Assembly: GCA_000092065.1 (NCBI GenBank)
Contig: CP000587.1
Direction: 5' to 3' (one strand)
Source: Ostreococcus lucimarinus
Taxonomy: Eukaryota
DNA: 64,000 nucleotides
The position numbers and the translations under genes are program-made. Positions 1-9,268 of the stretch are shown here, one piece after another. Each line of letters begins with the position of its first letter. Position 1 is the stretch's first letter. The notes beneath the pieces were generated by a model. That model did not search any database and was not told the origin of the DNA. It saw only the letters and a program-made list of their open reading frames with translations.

Positions 1-248
1 GTCTCTCGTCGCGCCGTCGCGCGTCGCAGACGGCGCGCCCATCGTCTCGCCGCCGTCGGCGTCGCGCGCGTCAGCATCGCGTCGCCGCGCGTCGCTCGCG
101 CGTCGCGCCGCGCCGTCGCGCGTCCGTCGCGGTCGTCCGAGACGTTCGAGACGCTCGGCGCGCTCGCTCGGCGCGCGCGCGTCTCGCGGCGGCACTTCGC
201 GGCGCGACGCCTCGCGCGTCGGGCGATTTTCCGCAAAGCGAGCGCCCC

Positions 249-2024
249 ATGGCGCCCGGCGCGAACGCGAGCGTCATCGACGCCGTGCGGCGCGCGAGAG
301 AGGCGTCGCGGACGTGGATCATCGATCTCGACGCGCGGTGCGCCGCGAGCGACGCGAACGCGTCGTCGCTCACGGGATGGATGCTGAACCTGACGGCGGT
401 GGCGGAGCGCGCGCCGCTGCGCGCGTACGTCCCGCGGTGGACGCCCGAGCTCTGGGTGCGGATGACGTGCACGGTGACGGCGGCGCTGATCGGCGCGCAG
501 TGGGTGCTGGTGAAACTGGTGCGGTTGCGACGGGCGCAGCAGGGGTGGTGGTATTACCTGAGACGGTCGCGACACGCGCGGTTGATTTTACCGCCCGAGT
601 GCGTGACGGAGGCGCCGATGCGATCGCCGCTGAACCGGGTGACGAGGAAGATAAACAAGTACATAAAAAAGAAGGGTGGACCGTTGGGACGAATGTCGAG
701 CGGTGTGGACGCGTATTCGCCGATTTTGAGCGTGGACACGGAGGCGTTGCCGGAGGACGCGATGCCGCTGTTGGTGTTCGTGAACTCGAAGAGCGGGGGG
801 CAGATGGGAACGTACATGCTCGAGTCGCTGCGGTCGAATTTAAATCCGCTGCAAGTGGTGGATTTACACAACACCGGTCCAAAGGCGGCGTTGAAGCTCT
901 TCGCCAACGTGCCAAACGTACGAATTTTAGTCGCGGGGGGAGACGGAACGGTGGCGTGGATTTTGCAAACGCTCGACGAAATCGACGTTCCGAAGAAGCC
1001 ACCGGTGGGTGTTTTGCCTCTGGGCACCGGGAACGACTTGGCGAGAGTACTGGGATGGGGTGGTGGGTACTCGAACGAGCTCATCTCTGAACTTTTAGTG
1101 CAAGTGCTCGAGGCGCACCCCGCGCTGCTGGATCGCTGGCAGGTGGAAATCACCGCCAACGAGCCGCCGAAAACGCCAAGCAAGTTCGCATCCGCGGCTG
1201 GGTTACCGGCGGCGCCGCCCTTGCCGAAGAAGAAGGAGATTGTTTTCCAAAACTATCTCGGCATCGGCGTAGACGCGCAGGCGGCGCTGCGCTTCCATAG
1301 AACTCGCAACTTGCGACCTCAATTGTTTTTTAGCGCGATGACGAACAAACTGCTGTATGGAGCGTTCGGGGCAAAAGATGTCCTCGAGCACTCTTGCGCA
1401 GGTTTGCACCGAAGCATTAGAATTTACGCCGATGGCGTGCGACAGACGATTCCGCCCGAAGCCGAGGGAATCATTTTGCTCAACATCAACTCCTTCGCGG
1501 GCGGCGTGCGGATGTGGGAACGCGACGGGTCGTACGGTGTGTCTTCGATGCAGGACGGCATGGTGGACATCGTCGTCGTGCACGGTGCCTTGCACTTGGG
1601 TCAGCTGAACATTGGCGTCGACAAACCCGTGCGCATTTGTCAAGCGCGGGAAGTCCGCGTCGTCGTCGATCGCAAAATCCCCATGCACGTCGACGGCGAG
1701 CCGTGGGAGCAACCCGCGTGCACGATGGATATTAAACTGAGAAATAAAGCCACGATGCTCCGTCGAACCGCGGACGTGCGCGGGATGACGGTGATCGAGA
1801 TGCAAAACACCCTCGATTGGGCGTGCAAAGAGGACATAATCTCCGAGCCCCAGCGCGAGCAAATCATGGTCGAAGCCTACCGCCGCGCCGACGCCCGCTC
1901 GATGGAAAACGGCCATCGCCGTTCGGGTTTGCACCGCCGATCGGGCAGCATCGGCAACCTCTTAAACGCCAAGAGTTCGTCTTACAGCCAGCTCTTCGCC
2001 GGCGACGGCTTCGGTCTCGGGTAG
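249..2024 (+). CDS. Diacylglycerol kinase (catalytic and accessory domains, no C1 domains; plant-type DGK)
   Basis: ORF 591 aa with ATG at 249. The LLVFVNSKSGG...ILVAGGDGTVAW...LPLGTGNDLARVLGWGGGY region matches the DAGK catalytic motif, and an accessory-domain-like segment follows. The N-terminal 100 aa are low complexity and contain one hydrophobic segment. The true start is uncertain. Confidence 0.8.
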   Translation: MAPGANASVIDAVRRAREASRTWIIDLDARCAASDANASSLTGWMLNLTAVAERAPLRAYVPRWTPELWVRMTCTVTAALIGAQWVLVKLVRLRRAQQGWWYYLRRSRHARLILPPECVTEAPMRSPLNRVTRKINKYIKKKGGPLGRMSSGVDAYSPILSVDTEALPEDAMPLLVFVNSKSGGQMGTYMLESLRSNLNPLQVVDLHNTGPKAALKLFANVPNVRILVAGGDGTVAWILQTLDEIDVPKKPPVGVLPLGTGNDLARVLGWGGGYSNELISELLVQVLEAHPALLDRWQVEITANEPPKTPSKFASAAGLPAAPPLPKKKEIVFQNYLGIGVDAQAALRFHRTRNLRPQLFFSAMTNKLLYGAFGAKDVLEHSCAGLHRSIRIYADGVRQTIPPEAEGIILLNINSFAGGVRMWERDGSYGVSSMQDGMVDIVVVHGALHLGQLNIGVDKPVRICQAREVRVVVDRKIPMHVDGEPWEQPACTMDIKLRNKATMLRRTADVRGMTVIEMQNTLDWACKEDIISEPQREQIMVEAYRRADARSMENGHRRSGLHRRSGSIGNLLNAKSSSYSQLFAGDGFGLG

Positions 2025-2035
2025 TCTTTCAGCGT

Positions 2036-2040
2036 TGTAA
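2036..2040 (+). promoter_or_regulatory. TGTAA motif 12 nt after the DGK stop
   Basis: agcgttgtaacatatc. Confidence 0.25.
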
Positions 2041-2110
2041 CATATCTCGGCTCTCGCGCGCGCCGTCCGCGCCTTCGTCTCCTCTCGAGCGCCAGACCAA
2101 CCCTCGCGCG

Positions 2111-2701
2111 ATGGCGAAGTGGGGCGAGGGCGACAGCCGATGGATCGTCGACGAGCGACGCGACGGCACGAACATCAACGGTTGGCACTGGGAGGTGCGT
2201 CCTCGACGCGCCGCGCTCGGATCGCGCGTCGAACGCGCACTGACGACGAACGAACGACGACGACGACGACAGGAACGAAACATGATGAAGTGGTCTCGAG
2301 AACGCATCGAAAGCTTGCTCGTCGGCGTCGATCTCGACGTCCCGGTGAGCGAGGGTCGAGCGACGGTGACGGAACTGTCGAAATTCGAGGGAGACTCGAG
2401 CGTGAGCACGCGCAAGGGAGGTAAAAAGTTTGGATGCTTTGACCTGAGCTTCACGGCGAAGTGGCGCGGCGTCGTCGGCGTCGCGGCGGATTCGACGGAG
2501 GATGAAGACGAGGTGAAGGGGGAGATTGTGGTGAAAGAATTTTGCTCGACGAATGATGAGGATGAATACGACTTCGCGGTGTCGGCGAAGGATGGGAAGT
2601 CCGAGTCGAAGGCGTTGTTGAAATCTCGCGTCGAAAAGAGCGTCGAGGCTATTTTGCTTCCAAAGCTTCGCCAGTTTTGCGAAGAGTTGAAGGAGATGTG
2701 A
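2111..2701 (+). CDS. Aha1 N-terminal domain protein (activator of Hsp90 ATPase N-domain only, Hch1-like), 2 exons with an in-frame intron at 2195..2272
   Basis: MAKWGEGDSRWIVDERRDGTNINGWHWE matches the start of the Aha1_N domain. Removing a 78-nt GTGCGT...ACAG intron (branch ACTGAC at 2239..2244) joins WHWE directly to ERNMMKWSRERIESLL, which restores alignment to human AHSA1 (WHWTERDASNWSTDKLKTLF). There is no Aha1 C-terminal domain. Stop TGA at 2699..2701. Confidence 0.75.
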   Translation: MAKWGEGDSRWIVDERRDGTNINGWHWEVRPRRAALGSRVERALTTNERRRRRQERNMMKWSRERIESLLVGVDLDVPVSEGRATVTELSKFEGDSSVSTRKGGKKFGCFDLSFTAKWRGVVGVAADSTEDEDEVKGEIVVKEFCSTNDEDEYDFAVSAKDGKSESKALLKSRVEKSVEAILLPKLRQFCEELKEM

Positions 2702-2834
2702 ACGACTGAACGACATAGCGATCGGAATTAGCAACGAAGATCACACCACGATTATTTACCGTATAGCACGTTGTACATGTTATTTTCTTTGATTAAAAGA
2801 AAAGCGCGGCTACAAGGGTACAAGCGCGGCGTCG

Positions 2835-3752
2835 CTAGAGGGTCGCCTTGAGACTATCGCTCAGGCTTTCCACGTTCGTATCGTCGCTGTCTCCGCTATC
2901 GCTGCGCGTGCGTTGATTGCGCAATCGAACCTTGGTGCGTTCAGCGTTGATCTCGAATTTATCGCGATGCGAGTCGAAAAATTCCAGATACGTCTCCGGC
3001 ATCGTCACGGGCTTGCGACATCTGCCGCTCACGCCAGTCTTGCTTTTAATCGCCATCCACTCCCCATCTCCCACCTCCTTGAACAAAAATCCGAAGACCC
3101 TGTCCAGATACTCATCTCTCGCCGACCGGAACGCCGCACCGGTAAATTTAATCGCCGGCTGCGCTTGCTTGGCGTCCGCGCGGTTGCCAAAACTCGTCCC
3201 GCTTCTCGGATGAGGAAGCGAACCGGGCTTGAACGTCGCGCGATCACCGCGCGGAGGTCGCCCGGCGAACGCGCCGTTCCCTCCCCGAGCGCTCCCCGCG
3301 CTCGTGGCGTACGAATACACCGCCACGGGAGGTGAAGACGCAGACCGCGGCGACACGCTCTTGTCGCGTCCGTCTCCGTAACTGCTTCCGAGTTGACCGT
3401 CGCCAAAGCTCGGAGGCTTGAGCGCCGATTGCGGCGAAAGCGTGTACGACGGAGAGTCTTCGATCGATCGTTTTGATCCACTCGTCATCTCCCCCCCGCG
3501 CAAGTGCGGGGGCGTGTTCATCATGATATCGCTCGGCGAGGAAGTTTCCGGAACGAAGCGCTTCAGAGGCCCCGGCGAGCCCGCGCACTCGCGCACCACC
3601 TCCAAATCCGCCACCGTGATCCCCCGCGCCGACGGCGCCGCGCACAGCGCTTGCTCCATCGACGGCGCCTCCTCGAATAAATCATCGGGCAAATGACTCA
3701 CCAAATCATCATCGCGCCCCCTCGAAGGCGCGCTTCGACTCAAATACGCCAT
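2835..3752 (-). CDS. Hypothetical protein (S/P-rich N-terminal half, conserved-looking C-terminal 90 aa)
   Basis: ORF 305 aa with a real ATG at 3752..3750 and high GC3. The C-terminal segment IKFTGAAFRSARDEYLDRVFGFLFKEVGDGEWMAIKSKTG is not low-complexity. I recognise no domain. Confidence 0.4.
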   Translation of the reverse strand: MAYLSRSAPSRGRDDDLVSHLPDDLFEEAPSMEQALCAAPSARGITVADLEVVRECAGSPGPLKRFVPETSSPSDIMMNTPPHLRGGEMTSGSKRSIEDSPSYTLSPQSALKPPSFGDGQLGSSYGDGRDKSVSPRSASSPPVAVYSYATSAGSARGGNGAFAGRPPRGDRATFKPGSLPHPRSGTSFGNRADAKQAQPAIKFTGAAFRSARDEYLDRVFGFLFKEVGDGEWMAIKSKTGVSGRCRKPVTMPETYLEFFDSHRDKFEINAERTKVRLRNQRTRSDSGDSDDTNVESLSDSLKATL

Positions 3753-3780
3753 CTCGCTCGCCTCGCGTCGCCCCTCGTCC

Positions 3781-4173
3781 TCACACCCAACGCCCCTCCC
3801 TCGCGTTCGCGTCCCCTACCTCCGCCTTCGCTTCGGCGCGTCGTTCAATCTCCACCGTCAGCGCGTAAATCTCTCCCTGATGCCTCGATATCGCCCTCGC
3901 GTTCTCTCGCAGCGCGTCCTCGTACGTCTCCTTATCCGCCCTCGTCGTCGCGTCGTCCGCCGCCGCCTCCTCCAGCGCCTCGCACGACCGCTCCAGGTGT
4001 TTCACCGCGTTCACCAACCTCGAGCGCTCGCGCGTCAGCGCCTCCGCGTCCCGCGTCTCCGTCGTCGTCGTCGTCGCGCCTCCGCGTCGCTTCGCCGTCG
4101 TCGTCGCGTCCGTTTCAAACCGCGCGTCGTCGTCGTCGTCGTCCGTCCCGAAGCGCGTCGTCGTCGCGCGCAT
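3781..4173 (-). CDS. Hypothetical small coiled-coil protein
   Basis: ORF 130 aa with ATG at 4173 and strong GC3 bias on the minus strand. The LVNAVKHLERSCEALEEAAADD...GEIYALTVEIERRAEAKAE segment is heptad-like. No homolog recognised. Confidence 0.3.
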   Translation of the reverse strand: MRATTTRFGTDDDDDDARFETDATTTAKRRGGATTTTTETRDAEALTRERSRLVNAVKHLERSCEALEEAAADDATTRADKETYEDALRENARAISRHQGEIYALTVEIERRAEAKAEVGDANAREGRWV

Positions 4174-4415
4174 CCACCGGCGCGATGCCGACGCGCGCCG
4201 TCCGTCGAGCGCGTCGCGCGAATCGCGCCGCGCGAATCGCGCCGCGCGTCGGCGTCGCGCGTCGAAGCGGCGTCGCGCGTCGCGCGAGGTGCCGACGCGA
4301 ATCCGTGTCCGTGTGGTGCGCCACGCGGGAGGGTTTTTGTTTGACCCGTAACAACGGATTGGGATCGCCGAATGCCGATCGACGCGCGACGCGGCCGCGC
4401 ACCGACGCGCGCGGG

Positions 4416-7310
4416 ATGGAGACGCTGCCGAAACGCGCGCCCGCGACGACGCTCGCGGACGTCGTCGAACGCGTCGCGCGCGCGTGCCACGTCGAGCTTC
4501 GGCAGCTCGTCGAGCGATGCGCGGGCGCGGACGCGCGCGCGCGCGCGGCGGAGCTCGCGCGGTACGCGCACCGCGCGCGGCAGCGACTCGTCAGGTGCGC
4601 GATCGTCGAGCGGTGGTCGCGGAAGAGCGCGAAGATCGCGACGGTGGCGACGAACGCGCACCTGACGCTGCGCGCGCACGAGGAGGCGTTCGCGAAGCTC
4701 GCGGATGGGCTGTTTCATTTGCACCAACAAATCGAGTGGGCCAAGGCGCCGGCGTGGGATCTGGCGGGGGCGCTGAACGTGCTGTGCGACGGGGACTACG
4801 AGCTGGGGAGGGAGATATCGGAGATCGGCGTCGGGCGAGTCGCGGCGACGGAGGAGACGGAGGAGACGGAGGAGACGCGCGAGCGGAGGTTGGACTTCGA
4901 ACGGAGATTCGAGGAAGAGATGACGGAGCGATTGGTGCGATCGAAGACGCACGGATGCGCGACGAGGGACGATCACTCGGAGTGGCCGAATGAAAAATTC
5001 AAGGTGTTCGCGATCGGGGGGGGGAAAGTCGAGGTGGGGGTCGAGGGAGAGTATCGCGCGACGCTCTCGCTCGGAGGACCCGTGGCGCCGAACGCGACGG
5101 AGCAACCGCGGTACGGAGGGTGGCGCGTAGAAACGATAGAGATGTTGGCGGGGGACGAGAAAGGGGCGAAGTTCGAGCTGAACAAAGCCGAGACGCGAAA
5201 GTTGGCGGACATGGCGTGCGCGAGCATGGTCGGGCTGCCTCCGTTTGGTCAAAAGCTCGCCGACGACGCGCCGCCGTTGGAGCCGTTACATCTCAAAGGT
5301 TTGCACGGCGTCGCGAGCGATGCGGTGCTGCTGAAATCCGCCGCCGCAATTCTCGCGCAGGCTGGAGCGCTGAAGGACGCCGCGGAGCGTGCGAACTCTG
5401 AGTCGCGCTGGTCTCGAAACGCCGTCAAGGTTGAAATCGTCAAGGGCGAAGCGGCGGGTATTTTAAAGGGCGTACGCGTGGCTTTTTGGCGTCAAAACGT
5501 CGCCAGCGCCGACGAGGCGGGAATGTTGGACGTTTCGTTCAACCCCGAGACCGCGGATTTGCGCGCCAAGGCGCGGGCGCCGGGTGAGGCTGAGTTTTTC
5601 GATTTGCCCGTCAATTACGCGCGCGTCGATTTGGAAGCCATCCTCGTCGAAGCCATCCGTATAGCGTCTAGTAAGAAATTGCACTCGGTCTCGACCGAGG
5701 TGAGCGGGGAAAAATCGTTCACGACTGTCGTGGAAGAGTCGATGACCGCGGAGGAGTGCGCGTGCTCAGAAGACGAAGACGCGTGGGGAACCGACGCTCG
5801 ACCCGCGATTCGTCTCGAGATTTCGAAATTCACGAACATATTCATCACCTGTCGAATTTCTGACGGTACTTTGATCCTGCACGGTGCGGGTGAGCTCGTA
5901 CCGTCCGCAACGGAGGCAGATCTTTCAAAGAGATTAGCTCTTGAAGGGCACGACGCCATCGTCAGCATCGTCGAAGAAGTCTCCGTCGCCGTCGAGCAGC
6001 AAGAGCTCAAGGGTTTGCTTCGCACGTCCGGGACGTCGGTGCATCCTGCGCCAAAAACCTTAGGCGGCGAACCGTGGAGTACTTCGGATGCAGTCCCGAG
6101 CGGCGTTGCGCCGACTGCCTTGGTACCCGTCGTGCCGAGCGACGGCGGCGTCTTCGTCGCGACTTGGATGGGAGCGACGCCGACTTTCGCCCTTGTCAGA
6201 GCGCATCGAGTTAACCCGGCGTCGAGATACATCGCGCATTCAGTCGAAAAGCTCAATCTCGGGGCGCGAAAAGGCTCAAAGGCTGATGTCGTCGTGAAAA
6301 TGATTGGTGAGGCGTGTCGCGACTTGAGCGTCGACGCGCAACGCTCAGCGTTGATGCGCGCCTTGAAAGAGCAGCGCGTCCCCTTCGTCGACATTCGGCC
6401 GACATCGAAAGGAACGAAAAAAGCCGCAAACACCGTGAGTTTTGAGATCGTAAACACTTCGCGTTGGGCGCAAAGTAAGTACAAACGTGCGATAAAGCAG
6501 AAATCTCCGCTCAAGGCGCACGTCACGCTACGAGGCATCGACGGCTTGTCGGCGAGCATCGGTGGCGAAACGCGCGCTTACGAGCACTCCGAGTTCATGA
6601 TACACGCCTTTCTAGCGGACGTCCGGCGTATCGCCGCGGCGCAAGGGTTTTTATCGGCGTTATCTGATAATGATTCCGGAGTAGATTTCGCCAAGCTCGG
6701 ATGCAAGTTGAGCCGCCAAGCCGCCGATGTGGTTTCAATTTCGTACAAAGACTCCATCGAATGTACCATCGAATGGCGCCATAGTGGGTATCTTGGTCCG
6801 GGTTTGTACGCCGACGGCGAACGACTCAGCTCGTCGGCCAAGCGCGCGCTCAGCGTCGCCGCGCGTGATGGCCGATGTGAGATTTTTGCGTGCGCGCTTC
6901 GCGCCGTCGAAGCGGCGGCGAGCCATTTTGCTCAACTCCACGGTGACTTCCAACTCACCTTTGGTGCACCGAGTGTTTTATCAATCGTGAGAATCATCGG
7001 TGTCAGCGCGATGCGGGTGTGTTCGATTGGATTCAGACTCGACGGTTCGGTCTCCTTCGTCGTCGGTCGAGGAGGAGACGGCGCTCACGACGACGGCTCC
7101 ACGAACGATGACGAGATGAACATCACGGACGACCACGAAGCGCTCATTCCCACGCGCCCCGAAGGCTTGACGCAGTATATCGACGAGATATCCGCCGCCT
7201 TGGAAGGACCACTGGGGTCGAAACCAAAGCACGGAGACGCCGTCGTCGCGAACGCGTCGTCGGCGTCGCCGGCGCTCGCGGCGCTCGCGAAATCAGTCGT
7301 GGCGAAGTGA
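4416..7310 (+). CDS. Mediator complex subunit MED14 (Rgr1)-like protein
   Basis: ORF 3693..7310 is 1205 aa. Its first 240 aa translate GC-rich low-complexity sequence, and I take the first plausible ATG at 4416 (METLPKRAP). The segment LVRCAIVERWSRKSAKI...HLHQQIEWAKAPAWDLAGALNVLCDGDYELGREI resembles the MED14 N-terminal domain, and the length fits MED14. Confidence 0.5.
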   Translation: METLPKRAPATTLADVVERVARACHVELRQLVERCAGADARARAAELARYAHRARQRLVRCAIVERWSRKSAKIATVATNAHLTLRAHEEAFAKLADGLFHLHQQIEWAKAPAWDLAGALNVLCDGDYELGREISEIGVGRVAATEETEETEETRERRLDFERRFEEEMTERLVRSKTHGCATRDDHSEWPNEKFKVFAIGGGKVEVGVEGEYRATLSLGGPVAPNATEQPRYGGWRVETIEMLAGDEKGAKFELNKAETRKLADMACASMVGLPPFGQKLADDAPPLEPLHLKGLHGVASDAVLLKSAAAILAQAGALKDAAERANSESRWSRNAVKVEIVKGEAAGILKGVRVAFWRQNVASADEAGMLDVSFNPETADLRAKARAPGEAEFFDLPVNYARVDLEAILVEAIRIASSKKLHSVSTEVSGEKSFTTVVEESMTAEECACSEDEDAWGTDARPAIRLEISKFTNIFITCRISDGTLILHGAGELVPSATEADLSKRLALEGHDAIVSIVEEVSVAVEQQELKGLLRTSGTSVHPAPKTLGGEPWSTSDAVPSGVAPTALVPVVPSDGGVFVATWMGATPTFALVRAHRVNPASRYIAHSVEKLNLGARKGSKADVVVKMIGEACRDLSVDAQRSALMRALKEQRVPFVDIRPTSKGTKKAANTVSFEIVNTSRWAQSKYKRAIKQKSPLKAHVTLRGIDGLSASIGGETRAYEHSEFMIHAFLADVRRIAAAQGFLSALSDNDSGVDFAKLGCKLSRQAADVVSISYKDSIECTIEWRHSGYLGPGLYADGERLSSSAKRALSVAARDGRCEIFACALRAVEAAASHFAQLHGDFQLTFGAPSVLSIVRIIGVSAMRVCSIGFRLDGSVSFVVGRGGDGAHDDGSTNDDEMNITDDHEALIPTRPEGLTQYIDEISAALEGPLGSKPKHGDAVVANASSASPALAALAKSVVAK

Positions 7311-7369
7311 AACTCCAGCGAAGTGAAACGGTAGGCGTGACAAAAAATAAACTAGTTATTGCATTTCAA

Positions 7370-7857
7370 TCAGTCGGTCGCAAACGTAAACTTGATTCCA
7401 GAATCGCCCACCGGCGCGTCGGCCTCCGCGCTCTTGTCCTTGCCGAACGACCGCTCGTACTCGCTTCGTTCCTTTCTCGAATCGTCTTCCGCGCACGAAT
7501 CGCTCGCGCACACGCACGACGCCCCGAGCACCTTCACGACCTTCAGCTCGTATCCCTCGCCGCACGCACCGCCGCCTTGCTTGAACAACGATTCCGCGCT
7601 CAGCGCCGGCGCGCTCTCGGCGTCTCGCTTCCTGTCCTCCTCCATCTGCCGCATCATCTCCGCGTACGCGTCGTTGTTCCCGCTCTTATTCAGCCCCGCG
7701 CTCGCGACGGGCGTCATCGTCAGCGCCATCGCCGCCGACGCCGCGAGCGCGACGCACGCGCGCGCCAACGCGCCGTCCTCCTCACCGCGTCGTCGCGTCG
7801 TCGTCGCGCGCATCGTCGTCGTCGCGCGCCTCGCGCGCGTCTTCGTCGTCCGCACCG

Positions 7858-7890
<33 letters not shown>

Positions 7891-7903
7891 ACGTCGTCGC
7901 CAT
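7370..7903 (-). CDS. Hypothetical protein (poly-Thr N-terminus from a (GTC)n microsatellite, Cys-containing C-terminus)
   Basis: ORF 177 aa with ATG at 7903. It has high GC3 on the minus strand, and its C-terminal half (GEGYELKVVKVLGASCVCASDSCAEDD...) is not low complexity. It sits between MED14 and the Rieske gene. Confidence 0.3.
7863..7890. repeat. (GTC)n microsatellite, about 9 units
   Basis: A perfect trinucleotide run, read directly. It encodes the poly-Thr of the minus-strand ORF 7370..7903. Confidence 0.9.
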
Positions 7904-8055
7904 CGCGCGCGCCGTCGCGTCGCGCTCTGTCGTCGCCCGCCGCGCGCGCGCGTCGTCCTTATCCGCTCGTCGCGATCGCGACGCACACGTCGACGCGTCG
8001 ACGCGCGACCGCTCGCGCGCGCCGACCGCGCGCGTCCCCGATCGCGTCGTCCGCG

Positions 8056-9216
8056 ATGGCGCGCGCGACGCCGGCGCCGGCGCCGGCGCCGGCGACGGCG
8101 CGCGCGCGCGCGGAGGCGCGCGGCGACGCCGGTCGGCGGTCGGTCGCGGCGCGCGCGCGACGCGCGCGGGCGCGCGCGCCGGTCGGCGCGGTGGTGGACG
8201 ACGCGACGACGCGCGCGCGCGGCGCGCGCGGCGTCGACGGCGCGCGGCGAACGCGAGACGCGCGCGACTATTGGTTTCCGGTGTGCTTCTCGGGGAATCT
8301 GCGAGATAAGGACGCGCTGGTGGCGTTTGATTTGTTCAACGTGCCGTGGGTGCTGTTTCGGGGGCGCGACGGCGAGGTGGGGTGCGTGAAGGATGAGTGC
8401 TGTCATCGCGCGTGCCCGCTGTCGCTCGGGAAGGTGGTGGACGGACGGGTGCAGTGCCCGTATCACGGGTGGGAGTACGAGACGAACGGCGAGTGCGCGA
8501 AAATGCCTTCGTGTAGTTTTTTGAAGAACGTCTTCGCGGACGAGCTCAGGGTGATCGAGAGGGATGGGATGATATTCGTTTGGGCCGGAGAAAGCGATCC
8601 CGCGGACTTTGTTGGACCGGAGGCGGCGTGCGAGTCTTGGGACGAGGACGTGTACGAAGCCAACGAACCGGGGATGTTCACGACGGGCGAGGGATTCGTG
8701 ACGATGGCGGAAGTCATCGCGGACGTGAAACTTGACAGCGATGTCGTGGTGGAACGGTTGTTAGACATCACCGAGCGCGCGCGGCGGGAACCGGTGTCGG
8801 TGAAGAATCGCGGTCGAGGCGCACTCTTTCCGGTGGACGGCACGCGGTTGATTTCAAAAGTCTTGCGGATCGGTTACGACGCGGTACCGCAGAGCGTGGT
8901 TTTCAAACCGTCGTGCGTGATCGCGAGCACGATCGCGCTGAGACCGCGCGTAGGGGGTGGAGATGGGACTTCGATGCAAGTAGAGCAGTTGCACGTGTGC
9001 TTGCCCGCCAAGCCGGGGCTCACGCGCGTCCTGTTCCGCATGGCTTTCGATTTCGTCCCGGAGGGTGCGCAAAACGCGGCGGGTGACGTGTGGAAGAACT
9101 TAGCAATGCAGGTCCTACAAGAAGAGCTCGAAGACGTGCGAAGCGCGGGGCTGAAATCGGAAACGACATCCATAGCGGTTGAATCGTTTCGCGTCTTCAA
9201 GAGAGGAGACAAGTAG
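8056..9216 (+). CDS. Rieske [2Fe-2S] domain protein of the PAO/CAO/Tic55 oxygenase family, lacking a mononuclear-iron motif
   Basis: ATG at 8056. It has the complete Rieske ligand set, CHRACPLSLGKVVDGRVQCPYHGW (CxH-x16-CxxH), preceded by YWFPVCFSGNL, as in chlorophyllide a oxygenase and pheophorbide a oxygenase. No E/N-x2-D-x2-H-x4-H motif appears in the remaining 200 aa. The N-terminal 75 aa look like an A/R-rich transit peptide. Confidence 0.75.
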   Translation: MARATPAPAPAPATARARAEARGDAGRRSVAARARRARARAPVGAVVDDATTRARGARGVDGARRTRDARDYWFPVCFSGNLRDKDALVAFDLFNVPWVLFRGRDGEVGCVKDECCHRACPLSLGKVVDGRVQCPYHGWEYETNGECAKMPSCSFLKNVFADELRVIERDGMIFVWAGESDPADFVGPEAACESWDEDVYEANEPGMFTTGEGFVTMAEVIADVKLDSDVVVERLLDITERARREPVSVKNRGRGALFPVDGTRLISKVLRIGYDAVPQSVVFKPSCVIASTIALRPRVGGGDGTSMQVEQLHVCLPAKPGLTRVLFRMAFDFVPEGAQNAAGDVWKNLAMQVLQEELEDVRSAGLKSETTSIAVESFRVFKRGDK

Positions 9217-9268
9217 ACACTAAAATTCTATTTTATTAATACACGCGCCGCTGACAGAAACGTCATCA

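Noticed and set aside
1-248. The window's 5' end, a GC-rich CGTCGCGCG-type simple sequence
   Set aside because: It has no ORF with protein-like composition and no repeat unit longer than a few nucleotides. I regard it as an upstream spacer or the low-complexity 5' region of the DGK locus.
314-1183. Alternative-frame and antisense ORFs over the DGK gene (314..1090 plus, 370..1002 minus, 554..1183 minus)
   Set aside because: The DGK frame carries an unambiguous catalytic domain. The others are compositional artefacts.
3880-5252. ORFs antisense or out of frame to MED14 (3880..4344 plus, 4035..5252 minus, 405 aa)
   Set aside because: Their translations are R/P/A-rich and low complexity. The MED14-frame has protein-like composition and an N-domain match. 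In this genome GC3 pressure keeps non-coding frames open.
5866-5871. CTGAC motifs inside coding sequence (5866 in MED14, 15289 in RibD, 16228 in RibD, 389 in DGK)
   Set aside because: They are not ACTGAC and have no upstream GTGCG/GTACG donor at a plausible distance. They lie within conserved, continuous protein domains.
7307-8389. A 360-aa plus-strand ORF, R/A-rich with long runs of arginine
   Set aside because: It is a low-complexity translation of GC-rich sequence. It overlaps both the minus-strand ORF 7370..7903 and the N-terminal low-complexity part of the Rieske gene. There is no domain-like segment. It is typical of the many spurious long ORFs this base composition produces in all six frames.
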